DNA of 64,000 bases from Myxococcota bacterium (GCA_036149055.1 JAYZQJ010000268.1:10904-74903); one strand, 5' to 3'. Shown: positions 9,400-20,196, numbered from the stretch's first letter. Notes: generated by a model not told the origin, from the sequence alone. A program made the numbers and translations.

Positions 9400-11808
9400 T
9401 CAGAAGGCGTCCGGGCATCCGTCGAAGCCGGCGGGGAGCGGCTGCTCCTCGGTCGACGCGTCGATGGAGCGGAGGAACGCGATGAGGTCCGCGCGCTGGG
9501 CGGCCACGTCGCCGGTGGTCAGGAACACCGGGTTGGCGGCGCGGAGGTGATCCTCGAAGCGCGGGTCGCTCAGCAGCGCCTCGAGCGACGCCGCCTGGCC
9601 GTGGTGGAGGTAGGGCGCGCCGACGTTCAGGCCGTAGAGCGAGGGCACGTTGTAGCCGCCCTCCCCCTGCGCCCGCGCCCCGGTGGCTCGCACCTCCACC
9701 GCGTCCGGACCGAAGGTACCCACGTCGCGGAGCACGCAGGCGACCTGAGGCGGCGCCAGGCTCTCCCCGGTCGCGCTCGCGCCTGCGGGCTGCGGGGCGA
9801 TCTGGAGCGAGTGCGCGTTCCACCCCGCGGGCCACGCGTCCGGCGCGGTGAACGGCTCGGCGGCGAGCGCGGCGTTGGTCTCGCTCGACGGGTCCCAGTA
9901 GCGCCGCGACGCGGTCCAGCCGGCCCCACCGTGGCACGCGACGCAACCGCCGTTGTTCTCGCTCGCGCTCGGCATGCCGAAGAGGGCCGCGCCCCGCGCC
10001 ACCGCGTCGGAGTCGAGGAAGCGCCGCCCGCGCGGCGGCTCCACGGTGCGCACCCAGGCCTCGATCGCCTCCCAGTCGCCGTCGGTACAGTTGTCGGGCG
10101 CGCTGGCGAGCTCCTCGATCGGCTGCGCCAGGTTCCCGGGCAGGTCGACCTGCGTCTCGCCGGGGCCGCACTCACCGTTCACCACCGCGCCGCGCCCACC
10201 GCTCACGCCGCGGGTGTTGCGCTCGAAGTCGTGCATCTCGTCGAAGATGCCGGTCCAGTTGAAGACGCGCTGCACCTGCGGCCCGTCGCCGTGGGAGAAG
10301 GAGCCGTCGAGGCTCGTGGTCTGACGCGGCCCGGCCGGGAAGCGCCAGGTGACGTTGTCGGTGAGCCCGCCCGGGTGACAGCTGCCGCAGCTGGACCACG
10401 CGTTGTCGCTCCAGCGGCCGCGGCCGGTGAAGAAGAAGCGCGCGCCCCGGGCGATCTCGGCCGCCTCGGCTCCGGTGGAGGGCGCGGTCGACTCCACTGT
10501 GGTCGAGAGCGCCTGCATCGAGAGATCGATCACCCCGAGCCGACGGCTGAGCCAGCAGTTCACGTAGGCGCGCGGGCCGTCGTGAGCGGTGGTGATCCCG
10601 GTCGGCGTGAGGCAGCCCGCGTCCGCGCCCGGCGGCGCCGCGTTGACGTCGATCTGCAGGTTGAGGGTGGAGCCGACGGTCGTGCGATCGGTCTCGCGAT
10701 CGAAGACCACGCGCTGCACCGCGTCGGCCCCGCGGCTGAGCGCGTAGCCGATGCCGCCGCTCTCGCCGATGAAGGCGAGGTCGATGGTGTCGGCGAGGAA
10801 GAGCTTCGAGTCGGCCTCGCCGTCCCGCACGAGGCGGGCGAGGTTCACGCTCCCCGTCGCCTCGCGGAGCTCGCTGCGCGTCTCGATGTCGGCCACGTAC
10901 ACGACCGGCTGCACGTTCAGGTTGAAGCGCACCGGCGCGGCGGGCGAGACGCTGATCGAGGTGACGTAGATCCGGCCGTCCTGGATGGTCACGCTCGAGA
11001 GCTGGTTCGGCGAGGTCATCACCGACTCGCCGCCCTCGGGCGCGAAGCCGCTGTCGATCGGAGACAGGGTGATCGGTCCGTCCGGCTCGAGATCACTGGT
11101 GCGGTAGACGCGGACCAGCCCCGTCCGGCTCGTGTCGGCCCCCTCGCCGTCCTCGGTGGGCAGCCCGAACAGCTCGGGCACGAACACCAGCTCGTCGGCG
11201 TCGTCGGCGTCGCCGTCGTTCGTGACCGCGAGCGCGTAGGGGTTCTCCGGCGGGTCGATGCTGCCGGTGCGGACCATCGAGGCGGTGTCGACCACGCCCA
11301 CGCTGCCCTCGGCGTGCTCCGCCACGAAGAGAGTGGCGCCGGTGGGCGAGAGCGCGAGCCCGGTGGGCTCGGAGCCGACCTCCACCGTGGCGGTGACGCT
11401 CGGGGCGGCGGCCAGGCCCTCGATCCGGACCACCGTCGCGTCGCCGCGGTTGGCCACGAACGCGGTGTCGCCGTCGGGGTGGATCACCACCGACGACGGG
11501 CGCGCACCGGTCTCGATCCGGGCCACGCGCTCGTTCGTCGCGGTGTCGAAGACCGAGATCGAGCCGTCGCCCGGGTTGACCATCACCACCCGCGCGTCGT
11601 CGTCGGTGATCGCGATGGTGCTCGAGCGCGACGGGCGCGCCAGCACGCGGACCTCCGGCGGCCCGCCGTCGTCGCCTCCCGGGCCGGTGTCGGCCTCCGG
11701 GGGCGCGCCCGAGTCGTCGATCCCGGCGTCGGCGGCCGGGGAGCCGTCGCAGCCCGCGAGCAGCGCGAGGGCGGCGAGCAACAGCCTCGTGTTCTTCAGT
11801 CCAAGCAT
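9400..11808 (-). CDS. YncE-type beta-propeller plus di-heme cytochrome c peroxidase-like lipoprotein
   Basis: Lipobox LAGC; propeller repeats; heme motifs CGSCH and CVACH; VPSL..L..APYLHHG. Confidence 0.85.
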   Translation of the reverse strand: MLGLKNTRLLLAALALLAGCDGSPAADAGIDDSGAPPEADTGPGGDDGGPPEVRVLARPSRSSTIAITDDDARVVMVNPGDGSISVFDTATNERVARIETGARPSSVVIHPDGDTAFVANRGDATVVRIEGLAAAPSVTATVEVGSEPTGLALSPTGATLFVAEHAEGSVGVVDTASMVRTGSIDPPENPYALAVTNDGDADDADELVFVPELFGLPTEDGEGADTSRTGLVRVYRTSDLEPDGPITLSPIDSGFAPEGGESVMTSPNQLSSVTIQDGRIYVTSISVSPAAPVRFNLNVQPVVYVADIETRSELREATGSVNLARLVRDGEADSKLFLADTIDLAFIGESGGIGYALSRGADAVQRVVFDRETDRTTVGSTLNLQIDVNAAPPGADAGCLTPTGITTAHDGPRAYVNCWLSRRLGVIDLSMQALSTTVESTAPSTGAEAAEIARGARFFFTGRGRWSDNAWSSCGSCHPGGLTDNVTWRFPAGPRQTTSLDGSFSHGDGPQVQRVFNWTGIFDEMHDFERNTRGVSGGRGAVVNGECGPGETQVDLPGNLAQPIEELASAPDNCTDGDWEAIEAWVRTVEPPRGRRFLDSDAVARGAALFGMPSASENNGGCVACHGGAGWTASRRYWDPSSETNAALAAEPFTAPDAWPAGWNAHSLQIAPQPAGASATGESLAPPQVACVLRDVGTFGPDAVEVRATGARAQGEGGYNVPSLYGLNVGAPYLHHGQAASLEALLSDPRFEDHLRAANPVFLTTGDVAAQRADLIAFLRSIDASTEEQPLPAGFDGCPDAF

Positions 11809-11850
11809 GGGTCCTCCGCGCCTGAAGCTGCGAGGCGGCCCCACCCTTCG

Positions 11851-11862
11851 CGAGTTAACTCG
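11851..11862. promoter_or_regulatory. Palindromic operator candidate between divergent genes
   Basis: Perfect palindrome CGAGTTAACTCG followed by a second GTTAA half-site. Confidence 0.4.
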
Positions 11863-11890
11863 GGTTAAACGTGGGGTACCATCGAGCGCG

Positions 11891-12952
11891 ATGAGCCAAC
11901 CGACCCCGCCCGCCAACACCAAGGAAGTCTCCGACCGCCACCGGTTCGACCTGCCGCGCCTGCGGGCGTGGATGGACGACGAGCTGGAGAACGTGGGCGA
12001 GTCGCTCACGGTTCGGAAATTCCGCGGCGGACAGTCCAACCCCACGTTCTGGGTCTCGGACGGGACCAGCGCCTACGTGCTGCGCAAGAAGCCCCCGGGC
12101 ACCCTGCTGCCGAGCGCCCACCAGGTGGAGCGCGAGTACCGCGTGCTGCACGCGCTGCAGAACACCGAGGTCCCGGTCGCGCGGGTGTACGCCCTCTGCG
12201 ACGACGAGGCGGTGATCGGCACGCCGTTCTATCTGATGGAGCACGTGCAGGGCCGGATCTTCTGGAACGTGCAGCTCCCGGAGCTGACGCCGCGCCATCG
12301 GACCGCGATCTACGACGAGCTCGCCCGGGTGCTCGCCCACATCCACTCGGTGAAGCTCGACGCGGTCGGGCTGTCCGACTACGGCAAGCGCGGCGGCTAC
12401 GTCGAGCGCCAGCTCTCGCGCTGGTCGGCCCAGTACGAGCAGAGCGCCACCCAGACCGTGCCGGCGATGGACGCGCTGATCGAGTGGCTGCCCCGGAACC
12501 TGCCGGCGCACGACGAGACGACCCTCTGCCACGGCGACTACCGGCTCGACAACTTGATCTTCCACCCCGAGGAGCCGCGATGCCTCGCGGTCATCGACTG
12601 GGAGCTGTCGACCCTGGGTCACCCGATCGCCGACCTCGCCTACACCTGCATGCTCTACGACATCCAGATGCCGCGGGTGGGCGGGCTGCTGGGGGTGGAC
12701 TTCGCGCAGAGCGGCATCCCGAGCGAGGCCGACTTCGTGGCGCGCTATTGCGAGCTGACCGGCCGCGACGGCGTCGAGGACTGGTCGTACTTCAAGGCGT
12801 TCGGGCTCTTCCGGCTCGCCGCGATCGCGCAGGGCGTCTACGCGCGCAGCCAGCAGGGCAACGCCAGCAGCGACGACGCCGCGATGTACGGCGCGGCGGT
12901 GGGGCACCTCGCGACCATCGCGTGTCGGCTCGTCGGCTTGTCGCCCGGCTGA
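11891..12952 (+). CDS. Phosphotransferase family protein (APH/ACAD10-11 N-terminal like)
   Basis: GGQSNPT, SAHQVEREYRV, HGDYRLDN, VIDWELSTLGHP. Confidence 0.92.
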   Translation: MSQPTPPANTKEVSDRHRFDLPRLRAWMDDELENVGESLTVRKFRGGQSNPTFWVSDGTSAYVLRKKPPGTLLPSAHQVEREYRVLHALQNTEVPVARVYALCDDEAVIGTPFYLMEHVQGRIFWNVQLPELTPRHRTAIYDELARVLAHIHSVKLDAVGLSDYGKRGGYVERQLSRWSAQYEQSATQTVPAMDALIEWLPRNLPAHDETTLCHGDYRLDNLIFHPEEPRCLAVIDWELSTLGHPIADLAYTCMLYDIQMPRVGGLLGVDFAQSGIPSEADFVARYCELTGRDGVEDWSYFKAFGLFRLAAIAQGVYARSQQGNASSDDAAMYGAAVGHLATIACRLVGLSPG

Positions 12953-12990
12953 CTGGACGCGGACGCGCCGTCCCCTTAGAACGATAGGCG

Positions 12991-14388
12991 GTGAGCACAC
13001 GACGACTGCGCCGGGCCCTGGCGGGCGTGGCGCTGGTGCTCCCGGTCATCGGCGGCCTGGTCGGGCTCGCGTATGCGATCCCGCTCCTCGTGAAGGACGC
13101 CGCCAAGCAGGGCCCCCTCGCGGCCACGGGCACCGCAGCCCGCGCCCTGCCCCGGGACACCGGCGCCGATCGCGCCCCCACCGTGGGAGAGACCTACCCT
13201 CACGGACGAACTCAATCTCCGCTGACGACCGCGGTGGCCGCACGGCTGCGCGCGATCGCCGCGCGCGGCGAACGGAACCCGCGCGTGTTCAGCAAGGTCG
13301 GCGCGTCGGCCACGGTCAACCGCAACTACCTGCGCTGCTTCGCCGGCGACGACGTCGACCTGGCCGGGCGCGAGCACCTGCGCGAGACCCTGGAGCACTT
13401 CCGGGCCGGTGAGCCCGACCCCTTCCGCCGGGTGAGCGACTCGGCCACCGTCGGCTGGCACGCGGGGCGCGCGGTGTGGGGGCGGCCGGCGCCGATCAAC
13501 CTGGAGATCCGGCACGCCGATCCACGCTTCGCGGTGGTGATGTACGGCACCAACGACATCGAGCTGGGCCGGCCCGAGCAGTACGCCGAGCTGCTGCTGC
13601 GCCTCGTGCACATGATCGAGCGCCGCGGCGTCGTCCCGATCCTCTCGACCATCATGCCGCGCGACGACGACCCGGAGGCGGACGAGGTGGTCGCGCTCTA
13701 CAACGCCGTCGTGCGAGGCGTCGCGCAGTGGCGGCGCCTGCCGATGATCGACTATCACCGCGCGCTGTCCCGGCTGCCCGACCACGGCCTCGCGTCCGAC
13801 CGACTGCACCCGAACGTGCACTTCGTGGATGGCGATCCTCGGGGCTGCGACTTCACGCCGCTCGGGCTCACGCACGGCTACAACATCCGGAACCTCATCA
13901 CGCTCGAGGCGCTCGACCGCAGCCGCCGCGTGCTGCTCGAGGGGGAGCCCCCGCCGGACCGCCCGGCGACGGCGCCCACCGGCCGCGGCACCTTCGCCGA
14001 CCCGATCGCCGCCGCGCTCCCGTTCGCGCACGCCAGCGACACCCGCCGGGCCGCCCAGGACGCGGTGGACGACTACCCCGGCTGCGACGCCGACCAGGAC
14101 GAGAGCGGCCCCGAGGTCGTCTATCGCGTGGCGCTCGACGAGCCGGCCGAGATCACGGCGATGGTCGTCACCGAGGGCCGCGCCGACGTCGACCTGCACG
14201 TGATGACCCCGTCGGACGGCGACCCCACCTGCGCCGCTCGCGCCGACGGCATGCTCACCGTCGACCTCGACGCGGGCGAGCATTTCTTCGTCGTCGACAC
14301 CTTCGTCGACAACGACGGCGACGCGCACGCGGGCGAGTACCTCTTCGTCGCCGCCCGCACCGACCGCCCGAGCGATCCTTCGGAGTGA
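12991..14388 (+). CDS. SGNH/GDSL-like hydrolase with C-terminal PPC-like domain
   Basis: KVGASAT, MYGTND, DRLHPN; C-terminal SGPEVVY...DVDLH...VVDT; N-terminal TM. Confidence 0.75.
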   Translation: MSTRRLRRALAGVALVLPVIGGLVGLAYAIPLLVKDAAKQGPLAATGTAARALPRDTGADRAPTVGETYPHGRTQSPLTTAVAARLRAIAARGERNPRVFSKVGASATVNRNYLRCFAGDDVDLAGREHLRETLEHFRAGEPDPFRRVSDSATVGWHAGRAVWGRPAPINLEIRHADPRFAVVMYGTNDIELGRPEQYAELLLRLVHMIERRGVVPILSTIMPRDDDPEADEVVALYNAVVRGVAQWRRLPMIDYHRALSRLPDHGLASDRLHPNVHFVDGDPRGCDFTPLGLTHGYNIRNLITLEALDRSRRVLLEGEPPPDRPATAPTGRGTFADPIAAALPFAHASDTRRAAQDAVDDYPGCDADQDESGPEVVYRVALDEPAEITAMVVTEGRADVDLHVMTPSDGDPTCAARADGMLTVDLDAGEHFFVVDTFVDNDGDAHAGEYLFVAARTDRPSDPSE

Positions 14389-14398
14389 CCCCCCTCGG

Positions 14399-14416
14399 GG
14401 GTGGCGGCCGCCACCC
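14399..14416. repeat. 18-bp perfect palindrome upstream of the transposase (REP-like)
   Basis: GGGTGGCGGCCGCCACCC. Confidence 0.5.
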
Positions 14417-14528
14417 GTCCGCCCGCCACTCCGCCGATCCGCCGCCGTAAGTCCGCGAGATCACATGCGCGGGGTTCCGGAACGCGGCTTGCTCAGCCTA
14501 CCGGCGTGCTCGCCGGGGGGACAGGAGG

Positions 14529-15755
14529 GTGACCGCGCCGCTGATGCAGGCGCGGGGGACGTACGCGCTGACCACGCGCTGCGCGTTCCGGAAGCTGCTG
14601 CTGACGCCGCACACGCCGCTGCTGCGCCAGGGCCTCGGCTACGCGATGGCGCGGGCGGCCCGCAAAACCGGCGTCGTGGTCAATCACGTCTCGGTCGTCC
14701 CGAACCACATGCACAACGTGGTGACGGCCACGAGGAAGAACCTGCCCACGTTCAAGCGTCTGTTCGTCGGCGAGGCGGCCAAGTTCGTCAAGGCCTACCT
14801 CGAGGCCCACGGCTTCGAGGGCCCGGAGCACGTCTTCCGGCGTACCCATCAGATGCGCCTGGTCAACGCGGCGTCGCAGCTCGTCTTGATCCACTACGGC
14901 GACATCCAGCCGGTGAAGGACGGCCTCGTCGAGCGGGTCGAGGAGCACCCGTGCCTCCGGACGGATCCGTGGATGCTGAAGGGGCACGCGATGGAGTTCC
15001 GGCGGCCGGACCTCTACTTCGACCCGGACACGAACCCGGAGGTCGAGCGGCTCGAGATCGGGACCACGCCGCGGCTCGCCGGCGAGCTGGGAACCCGGCG
15101 GGCGGTGGTGCACCTCGAGCAGGCACGGCGGAGGGCCGAGGGCGCGTACCGACGGGAGCGGCGAGCGCCGGTGCTCGGCGTGGAGCGCATGAAGGCGCAG
15201 CATCCGTGGGCGGAGCCCGCGTCCCCGCGCAAGCGCCGCCGCGGCATCATCCCGAGCTTCAGGGTGATCGACGACACCGCGCTGGAAATCCACTGCGCCA
15301 AGGAGACGCGGGGCTTTCGGGCGAGGCACCGCGAGGCCCTCGAGGCGCTCCGCGCTGGCGATCGCGACGTCGTCTTCCCGGCGGGCTCGTACCTCGTGGA
15401 GGCCTGCTACGGCCTGGACGTGGAGGCGCCCGATCACGAGTCGGTGCTGGCGTCGGACGACACCTACGACGACCTCCCGGGGCCGGCATCGCGGGAGGAC
15501 CTCCGAGCGATCAGCGAGCTCCTGCGCAACATCGCCGGCGCGGCGGACACGGACGACTCCCTCGCCGACCGGGTACGTGAGGGAGCCGACGCCTGCGTGG
15601 GCCAGCGCGAGTCACGCCGGGTCCAGGTCGAGGTCAGCGAAGAGCAGCCCTCGCAGAAGCTGGTCCCGCTCCGCGGCGACCACGCGCCGGCGTCGTCCTC
15701 CGAACGTGATGCCCGCGACCCGGACCGGCCCCCGGACGAACCCGGCCACAGCTAG
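14529..15755 (+). mobile_element. REP-associated tyrosine transposase-like (Y1 HUH) protein
   Basis: TYALTTRC N-terminus, HUH motif NHMH, HYGDIQPVKDGLVE matching the Y..NPV.AGLV motif, C-terminal VVFPAGSY. Confidence 0.75.
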
Positions 15756-16017
15756 GTCGCTGCGCGGCTCGACGACGGCTCGGGCCGCGCAGAGGTGCGC
15801 CCGCCGTGAGGGCTCGTTCGGAGGAATCCGCTCTGACTGAACGCAGGTGGATCGTATTCGCGGTGGCTGGCGTCGGATGGGCGCCCGCTCGGCGCCGGGG
15901 GGCCGCGCTCAGCGCGATCGACGCGGCTGCGGGGCCTGGGGGCCGTCGGCAGCCGGGCAAAGACGGGCAGCGAGTGACAGCAGCTGGGGCTGTCGGGCCA
16001 CGCTGCGCGGCGCGCGG

Positions 16018-16404
16018 TCAAATCTCGGCGCGCGGGCCCGCGATCACGATGCGGTAGCCCTCGGGGCCCTCGAGCCAGAGCTCGCGCTGGCCAGCGTTCG
16101 GGTTGTGGAGCGGGCCGTCGAGTACGGTCGCGGCGGCGTCTTCGACGCGCGCGAGGAGGGCGTCGAATTCGTCGGTGGCGAACCACAGGAGCACGCCGTT
16201 GCCGCGGGACGGGTCGGCCTCGTCGCCGAGGTGGGGATGCTCGTGCGTGTCCCAGCGGTGGAGCTGCGCGACGAGGGCGTCGCCGTCCATCAGCATCTCG
16301 TACTCGTCTCCGCCGTGGCCCGAGGTGAGGCCGAGCACGCGCTGGAACCAACGCGAGGCGGCTCTCACGTCGCGCACCACGATCATCGGCTGAGGCTGCA
16401 TCAT
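16018..16404 (-). CDS. VOC/glyoxalase family protein
   Basis: VRDVRAASRWFQRVLG; RELWLEGPEGYRIV. Confidence 0.88.
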   Translation of the reverse strand: MMQPQPMIVVRDVRAASRWFQRVLGLTSGHGGDEYEMLMDGDALVAQLHRWDTHEHPHLGDEADPSRGNGVLLWFATDEFDALLARVEDAAATVLDGPLHNPNAGQRELWLEGPEGYRIVIAGPRAEI

Positions 16405-16530
16405 CGTCGCGTCTCCGAGGCTTGTGGGGATACCGCCGGCGATGGTACTGCCGGGGGCGTTCTCGAGCCCGATCGCGTGGCGTCCGGGCGGCCCGACCGC
16501 TCACCCATCTACCACGGAGCAGCAACGAAC

Positions 16531-17799
16531 ATGGACCCCCTCGACGAGAAGCGAAACGGCTACTCACTCGCCGATGTCGCCGAGATCATGAACCAGATGA
16601 GCGTGCTCGAGACCGAGCACGGTGAGCCCGGTTACCGCGCGCCGTTCCAGCAGTTCCTGCGCTCCAAGGGGCTCACCGAGGAGACCTGGGCCCACGTCTA
16701 CAACGACTGGCACCAGACCTGGGAGGCGGACCCCGCGCTCGCGGCCAAGTTCCACACCTACATGGCCCAGGTCCGGCAGCGCCAGATGCTGAGCCAGCAG
16801 CCCAACGTGTCCGGGGAGTCGATGGGCGGCGTGTCGCTCGAGGCATACGCGAAGATCAGCGCGCAGATCCAGACCGGCGCGGTGGTCGAGCAGCTCGTCG
16901 CCGCCGAAGGCCTGAGCATGGACCAGTGGCAGGCCGGGCAGGCCGCCTGGGTGGAGCGCATGGGGCAGTGCAGCCCGACCGATCCGATCATCGTGCAGTT
17001 CGGGCAGCTCTATCAGAAGTGGTCGCCCAACCATCAGGCCTCGATGGAGGCGGCGACCGAGCGCATCCTCGCCGACCACGCCGACCAGGAGGGTCGCGGC
17101 GGGGGGATGAGCAAGGCCCTCGACATGGACAACGCGCCCGAGTTCTTCGATCACGCGGACGTCCGGGTGCGCGCCCGCGGCGTCCGGGAGATGATCCGGA
17201 TCTGGGAGCTCAACTGGGACGACCGCGACGCGCGCATGCAGCAGCTCACGCAGCGGGCGTGCGACGAGGCGGTGCGCATCCTCCAGCACGGGGCGGGCGA
17301 GGATCGGCCCGGGCTCGTGCCCCTCGCCGAGCCGCCGGACGGCGTCGACATCCACCGCTGGTCCGCGATGGTCGAGCAGGAGCAGACGCAGCAGGACACG
17401 TCGGATCTCGTCTACGGCTCGCTCAAGGATCTCGCGGGCGAGAAGTTCATGTCGCCGGCGCAGAACGACGCGGCGAAGGCCGCGGTCCAGCAGGCGATCG
17501 CGCGCCTCGAGCCACGCGCGCGCAAGGTCGAGGAGCTCTTCGGTCAGGTCAGCGACGAGCTGAAGCGCACGCAGGTGCGCCAGCTGATCGACGACTATCG
17601 CGAGACGCTCGAGGGCATGCGAGAGGCGCTCGGCGACTGGGAGCACACCGGCCCCGAGGCCGCCCCGCCCACCGCGACCGCGCCGTCCGCGCCCGCCCCG
17701 GCCTCCGCGCTCGCTACGCCGGAGCCCGAGAACGGCCTGATCGCGCTGCTGAAGTCACTGCCGATCATCGGCAACCTGCTGCGCATGCTCGGCCTCTGA
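16531..17799 (+). CDS. Hypothetical protein with duplicated N-terminal helical domain
   Basis: Strong GC3 bias; two related units GYSLADVAEI...GLTEETW and GVSLEAYAKI...GLSMDQW. Confidence 0.75.
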   Translation: MDPLDEKRNGYSLADVAEIMNQMSVLETEHGEPGYRAPFQQFLRSKGLTEETWAHVYNDWHQTWEADPALAAKFHTYMAQVRQRQMLSQQPNVSGESMGGVSLEAYAKISAQIQTGAVVEQLVAAEGLSMDQWQAGQAAWVERMGQCSPTDPIIVQFGQLYQKWSPNHQASMEAATERILADHADQEGRGGGMSKALDMDNAPEFFDHADVRVRARGVREMIRIWELNWDDRDARMQQLTQRACDEAVRILQHGAGEDRPGLVPLAEPPDGVDIHRWSAMVEQEQTQQDTSDLVYGSLKDLAGEKFMSPAQNDAAKAAVQQAIARLEPRARKVEELFGQVSDELKRTQVRQLIDDYRETLEGMREALGDWEHTGPEAAPPTATAPSAPAPASALATPEPENGLIALLKSLPIIGNLLRMLGL

Positions 17800-17807
17800 C
17801 GTGAAGA

Positions 17808-17841
17808 CGCCCGCACCTCCGACTCGTCGGAGGCGCGGGCG
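17808..17841. terminator. Long hairpin between convergent genes
   Basis: CGCCCGCACCTCCGAC-TC-GTCGGAGGCGCGGGCG. Confidence 0.6.
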
Positions 17842-17861
17842 CTCGCTTCGCCAGCCGTCGT

Positions 17862-18671
17862 TCAGGCGGGGAAGGTGACCACGAAGCAGCCCCCGACGCG
17901 GCCCGGGCGGCTCGCGGGGAGGGACGACTTCTCGATCGTGACGTCGCCACCGTGAGCGCGGATCAGGTCGCGCGCGACCGAGAGGCCCAGGCCGGTGCCG
18001 CGGCGATCCTTCGGCTCGTAGAGTCGGTTGAACGCGTTGTCGGCGTCCTGCTGGCTCCACCCGTCGCCGTCGTCCTCGACTCGCAGCACGAAGTGCTCGC
18101 CCTCGTCCTCGAAGCTGACGCGCACCTTCGAGCGCGCGCCGCGGCGGGACTGGCCGATGAGCTCGCTGAGCGCCTCGTCGGCGCGCACTCCGTCGAGGCT
18201 GGCGGTGACGCCGGGCTCGACCTCGACCTCGACCTCGACGCTGCGCCGCGGGTCGACGCGGTCGAGCTTCTGGACGACGTCGTTGACGATCCGGGCGAGC
18301 TCGATCTCGCCGCGGTCGAGCATCAGGCCACCGGAGTCGAGCTCGGCGGCGGTGGAGAGCACGTCGGCCATGCGCCGCAGGCGGCCGAGGCCGCGCTCGG
18401 CGAGCTCGAACATGCGCTTCTGTGCGGGATCGAGCTGCGCGGCGAGGTCCTCCTGGATCTCGTCGAGCGCGCCCGAGAGGAGCCCGAGCGGGCTGCGGAT
18501 GTCGTGCGCGAGGCGCGACAGCAGCACGTGCGGGATCTTCTCTTCCGACTCGGGGTGCACGGCGGCGGGGTCACCCACCGACGCGCCCGTCTCTTCTCGC
18601 CGCCGAGTCGGCGGCCTCTCCGACGCGCTCGTCATGGCCGCCTGCCTCCTCGGTTCCGTGGAGCCTTCCAT
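17862..18671 (-). CDS. Cytoplasmic histidine kinase without evident sensor domain
   Basis: H-box LAHDIRSPL, VEDDGDG, GTGLGLSV; start overlaps the activator stop. Confidence 0.88.
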   Translation of the reverse strand: MEGSTEPRRQAAMTSASERPPTRRREETGASVGDPAAVHPESEEKIPHVLLSRLAHDIRSPLGLLSGALDEIQEDLAAQLDPAQKRMFELAERGLGRLRRMADVLSTAAELDSGGLMLDRGEIELARIVNDVVQKLDRVDPRRSVEVEVEVEPGVTASLDGVRADEALSELIGQSRRGARSKVRVSFEDEGEHFVLRVEDDGDGWSQQDADNAFNRLYEPKDRRGTGLGLSVARDLIRAHGGDVTIEKSSLPASRPGRVGGCFVVTFPA

Positions 18672-20155
18672 CAGGAGTCTTCCTTCTCGTAGCGCTCGAG
18701 CTTGCGGTACAGCGTCCGTCGGTCGAGACCGAGGATGCGTGCCGCGCGCGACTTGTTGCCCTCGACGAGGGAGAGCACGCGGTGGATGTACCGCTTCTCG
18801 AGCTCGTGCATCGTGAGCAGCTCCTGGGGATCCTCCGCGTCCATCACGAAGCGGCTCGCCTTGTAGGCGCGCACGTTCTCCGGGAGGTCCTCCACCGTGA
18901 GCTTGTCGAAGCGGGTGAGCGCGACGGCGCGCTCCACGCAGTTCTCGAGCTCGCGCACGTTGCCCGGCCAGTCGTAGGCCATGAGCTTCTTCGCCGTGGG
19001 CGTCGCGATGCCGTCCACGTCCTTGTGGAAGCGGCCGCCGAAGCGCTCGACGAAGGCCTGCGCGAGCAGGAGGATGTCGCCGCCGCGCTCCCGGAGCGGG
19101 GGCACCGGCACGCGCACGACGTTGATGCGGTAGTAGAGGTCCTCGCGGAACTCGCCCCGCTTGATCTCGGCCTCGAGGTCCCGGTTCGTCGCCGCGATCA
19201 CGCGCGCGTCGAAGGGGATCTCGTCGTTCGAGCCGACCGGGCGCACCTTCCGCTCCTGCAGGGCGCGCAGCAGCTTGGGCTGCACCTCCATCGGGAGCTC
19301 GCCGATCTCGTCGAGGAAGAGCGTGCCGCCGTTGGCGCGCGAGAAGAGACCCTCGCGCTGCCCCTTCGCGTCGGTGAAGGCGCCCTTCGCGTGACCGAAG
19401 AGCTCCGACTCGATGAGGGTGGCGGGCACCGCCGCGCAGTTGATGGCCACGAAGGGCTCGTCCGCGCGGACGCTGCGCTCGTGGATCGCCTTGGCGACCA
19501 GCTCCTTACCGGTGCCGGACTCGCCGGTGATGAGCACCGACGCGTCGGTCTCGCTCAGGCGGTCGACCAGATCGTAGACCTTGCGCATCGCGCTCGACTT
19601 GCCGATGAGCTTCTCGAAGCCCCGCGACTCCTCGACCGCGCTCCGCAGGCGACGGACCTCGTCACGCAGGCGGTGATGCTGCACGCCGCGGGAGACCGTC
19701 AGCGCGAGCAGCTTCATGTCGATCGGCTTGGTGATGAAGTCGTACGCGCCGACGCGGATCGCGCCGACCGCCTTCTCCATCGTGCCGTGACCGGTGACGA
19801 GGACGACCGGCAGGTCGGGCTTGGTGCCGACGATGCGCTCGCACAGCTCCAGGCCGCCCATGTCGTCCATGAGCAGGTCCGTCAGGACCAGGTCGTAGGT
19901 CGTGTCCTGCACGGTATCGAGGGCGTCCTTGGCACGCGTGTACCACTCGACCTCGAAGCCGTGCTTCTCGAGACCCGCTGCGATGAGCTCGCACGTCGAC
20001 TGATCGTCGTCCACGACGAGGACGCGACCGTTGCCCTTGACCGTCGACGTGCGATCGGGGCGATCGTCGTCCCGGTCGTCCGCCCCGGGGGGCATCGGCG
20101 ACGAGTGGGCTCGTCCCTCGTCGAAGCTCATGGGGGCCGGCATTGCACCGCTCAT
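18671..20155 (-). CDS. Sigma54-dependent response regulator (REC-AAA+-Fis HTH; NtrC/AtoC family)
   Basis: VLVVDDD, GESGTGKE, GAFTDA, FLDEIGE, WPGNVRELEN, NKSRAARILGLDRRTLYRK. Confidence 0.95.
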   Translation of the reverse strand: MSGAMPAPMSFDEGRAHSSPMPPGADDRDDDRPDRTSTVKGNGRVLVVDDDQSTCELIAAGLEKHGFEVEWYTRAKDALDTVQDTTYDLVLTDLLMDDMGGLELCERIVGTKPDLPVVLVTGHGTMEKAVGAIRVGAYDFITKPIDMKLLALTVSRGVQHHRLRDEVRRLRSAVEESRGFEKLIGKSSAMRKVYDLVDRLSETDASVLITGESGTGKELVAKAIHERSVRADEPFVAINCAAVPATLIESELFGHAKGAFTDAKGQREGLFSRANGGTLFLDEIGELPMEVQPKLLRALQERKVRPVGSNDEIPFDARVIAATNRDLEAEIKRGEFREDLYYRINVVRVPVPPLRERGGDILLLAQAFVERFGGRFHKDVDGIATPTAKKLMAYDWPGNVRELENCVERAVALTRFDKLTVEDLPENVRAYKASRFVMDAEDPQELLTMHELEKRYIHRVLSLVEGNKSRAARILGLDRRTLYRKLERYEKEDS

Positions 20156-20196
20156 TCTCTCTCCTCCTCCTTCGGAATCCTCTTCGGCTCTGATCA

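Noticed and set aside
14514..14527. GGGACAGGAG upstream of the transposase resembling the 24582 IR (GGGACGGAG)
   Set aside because: Short gapped match that is explained by the Shine-Dalgarno sequence
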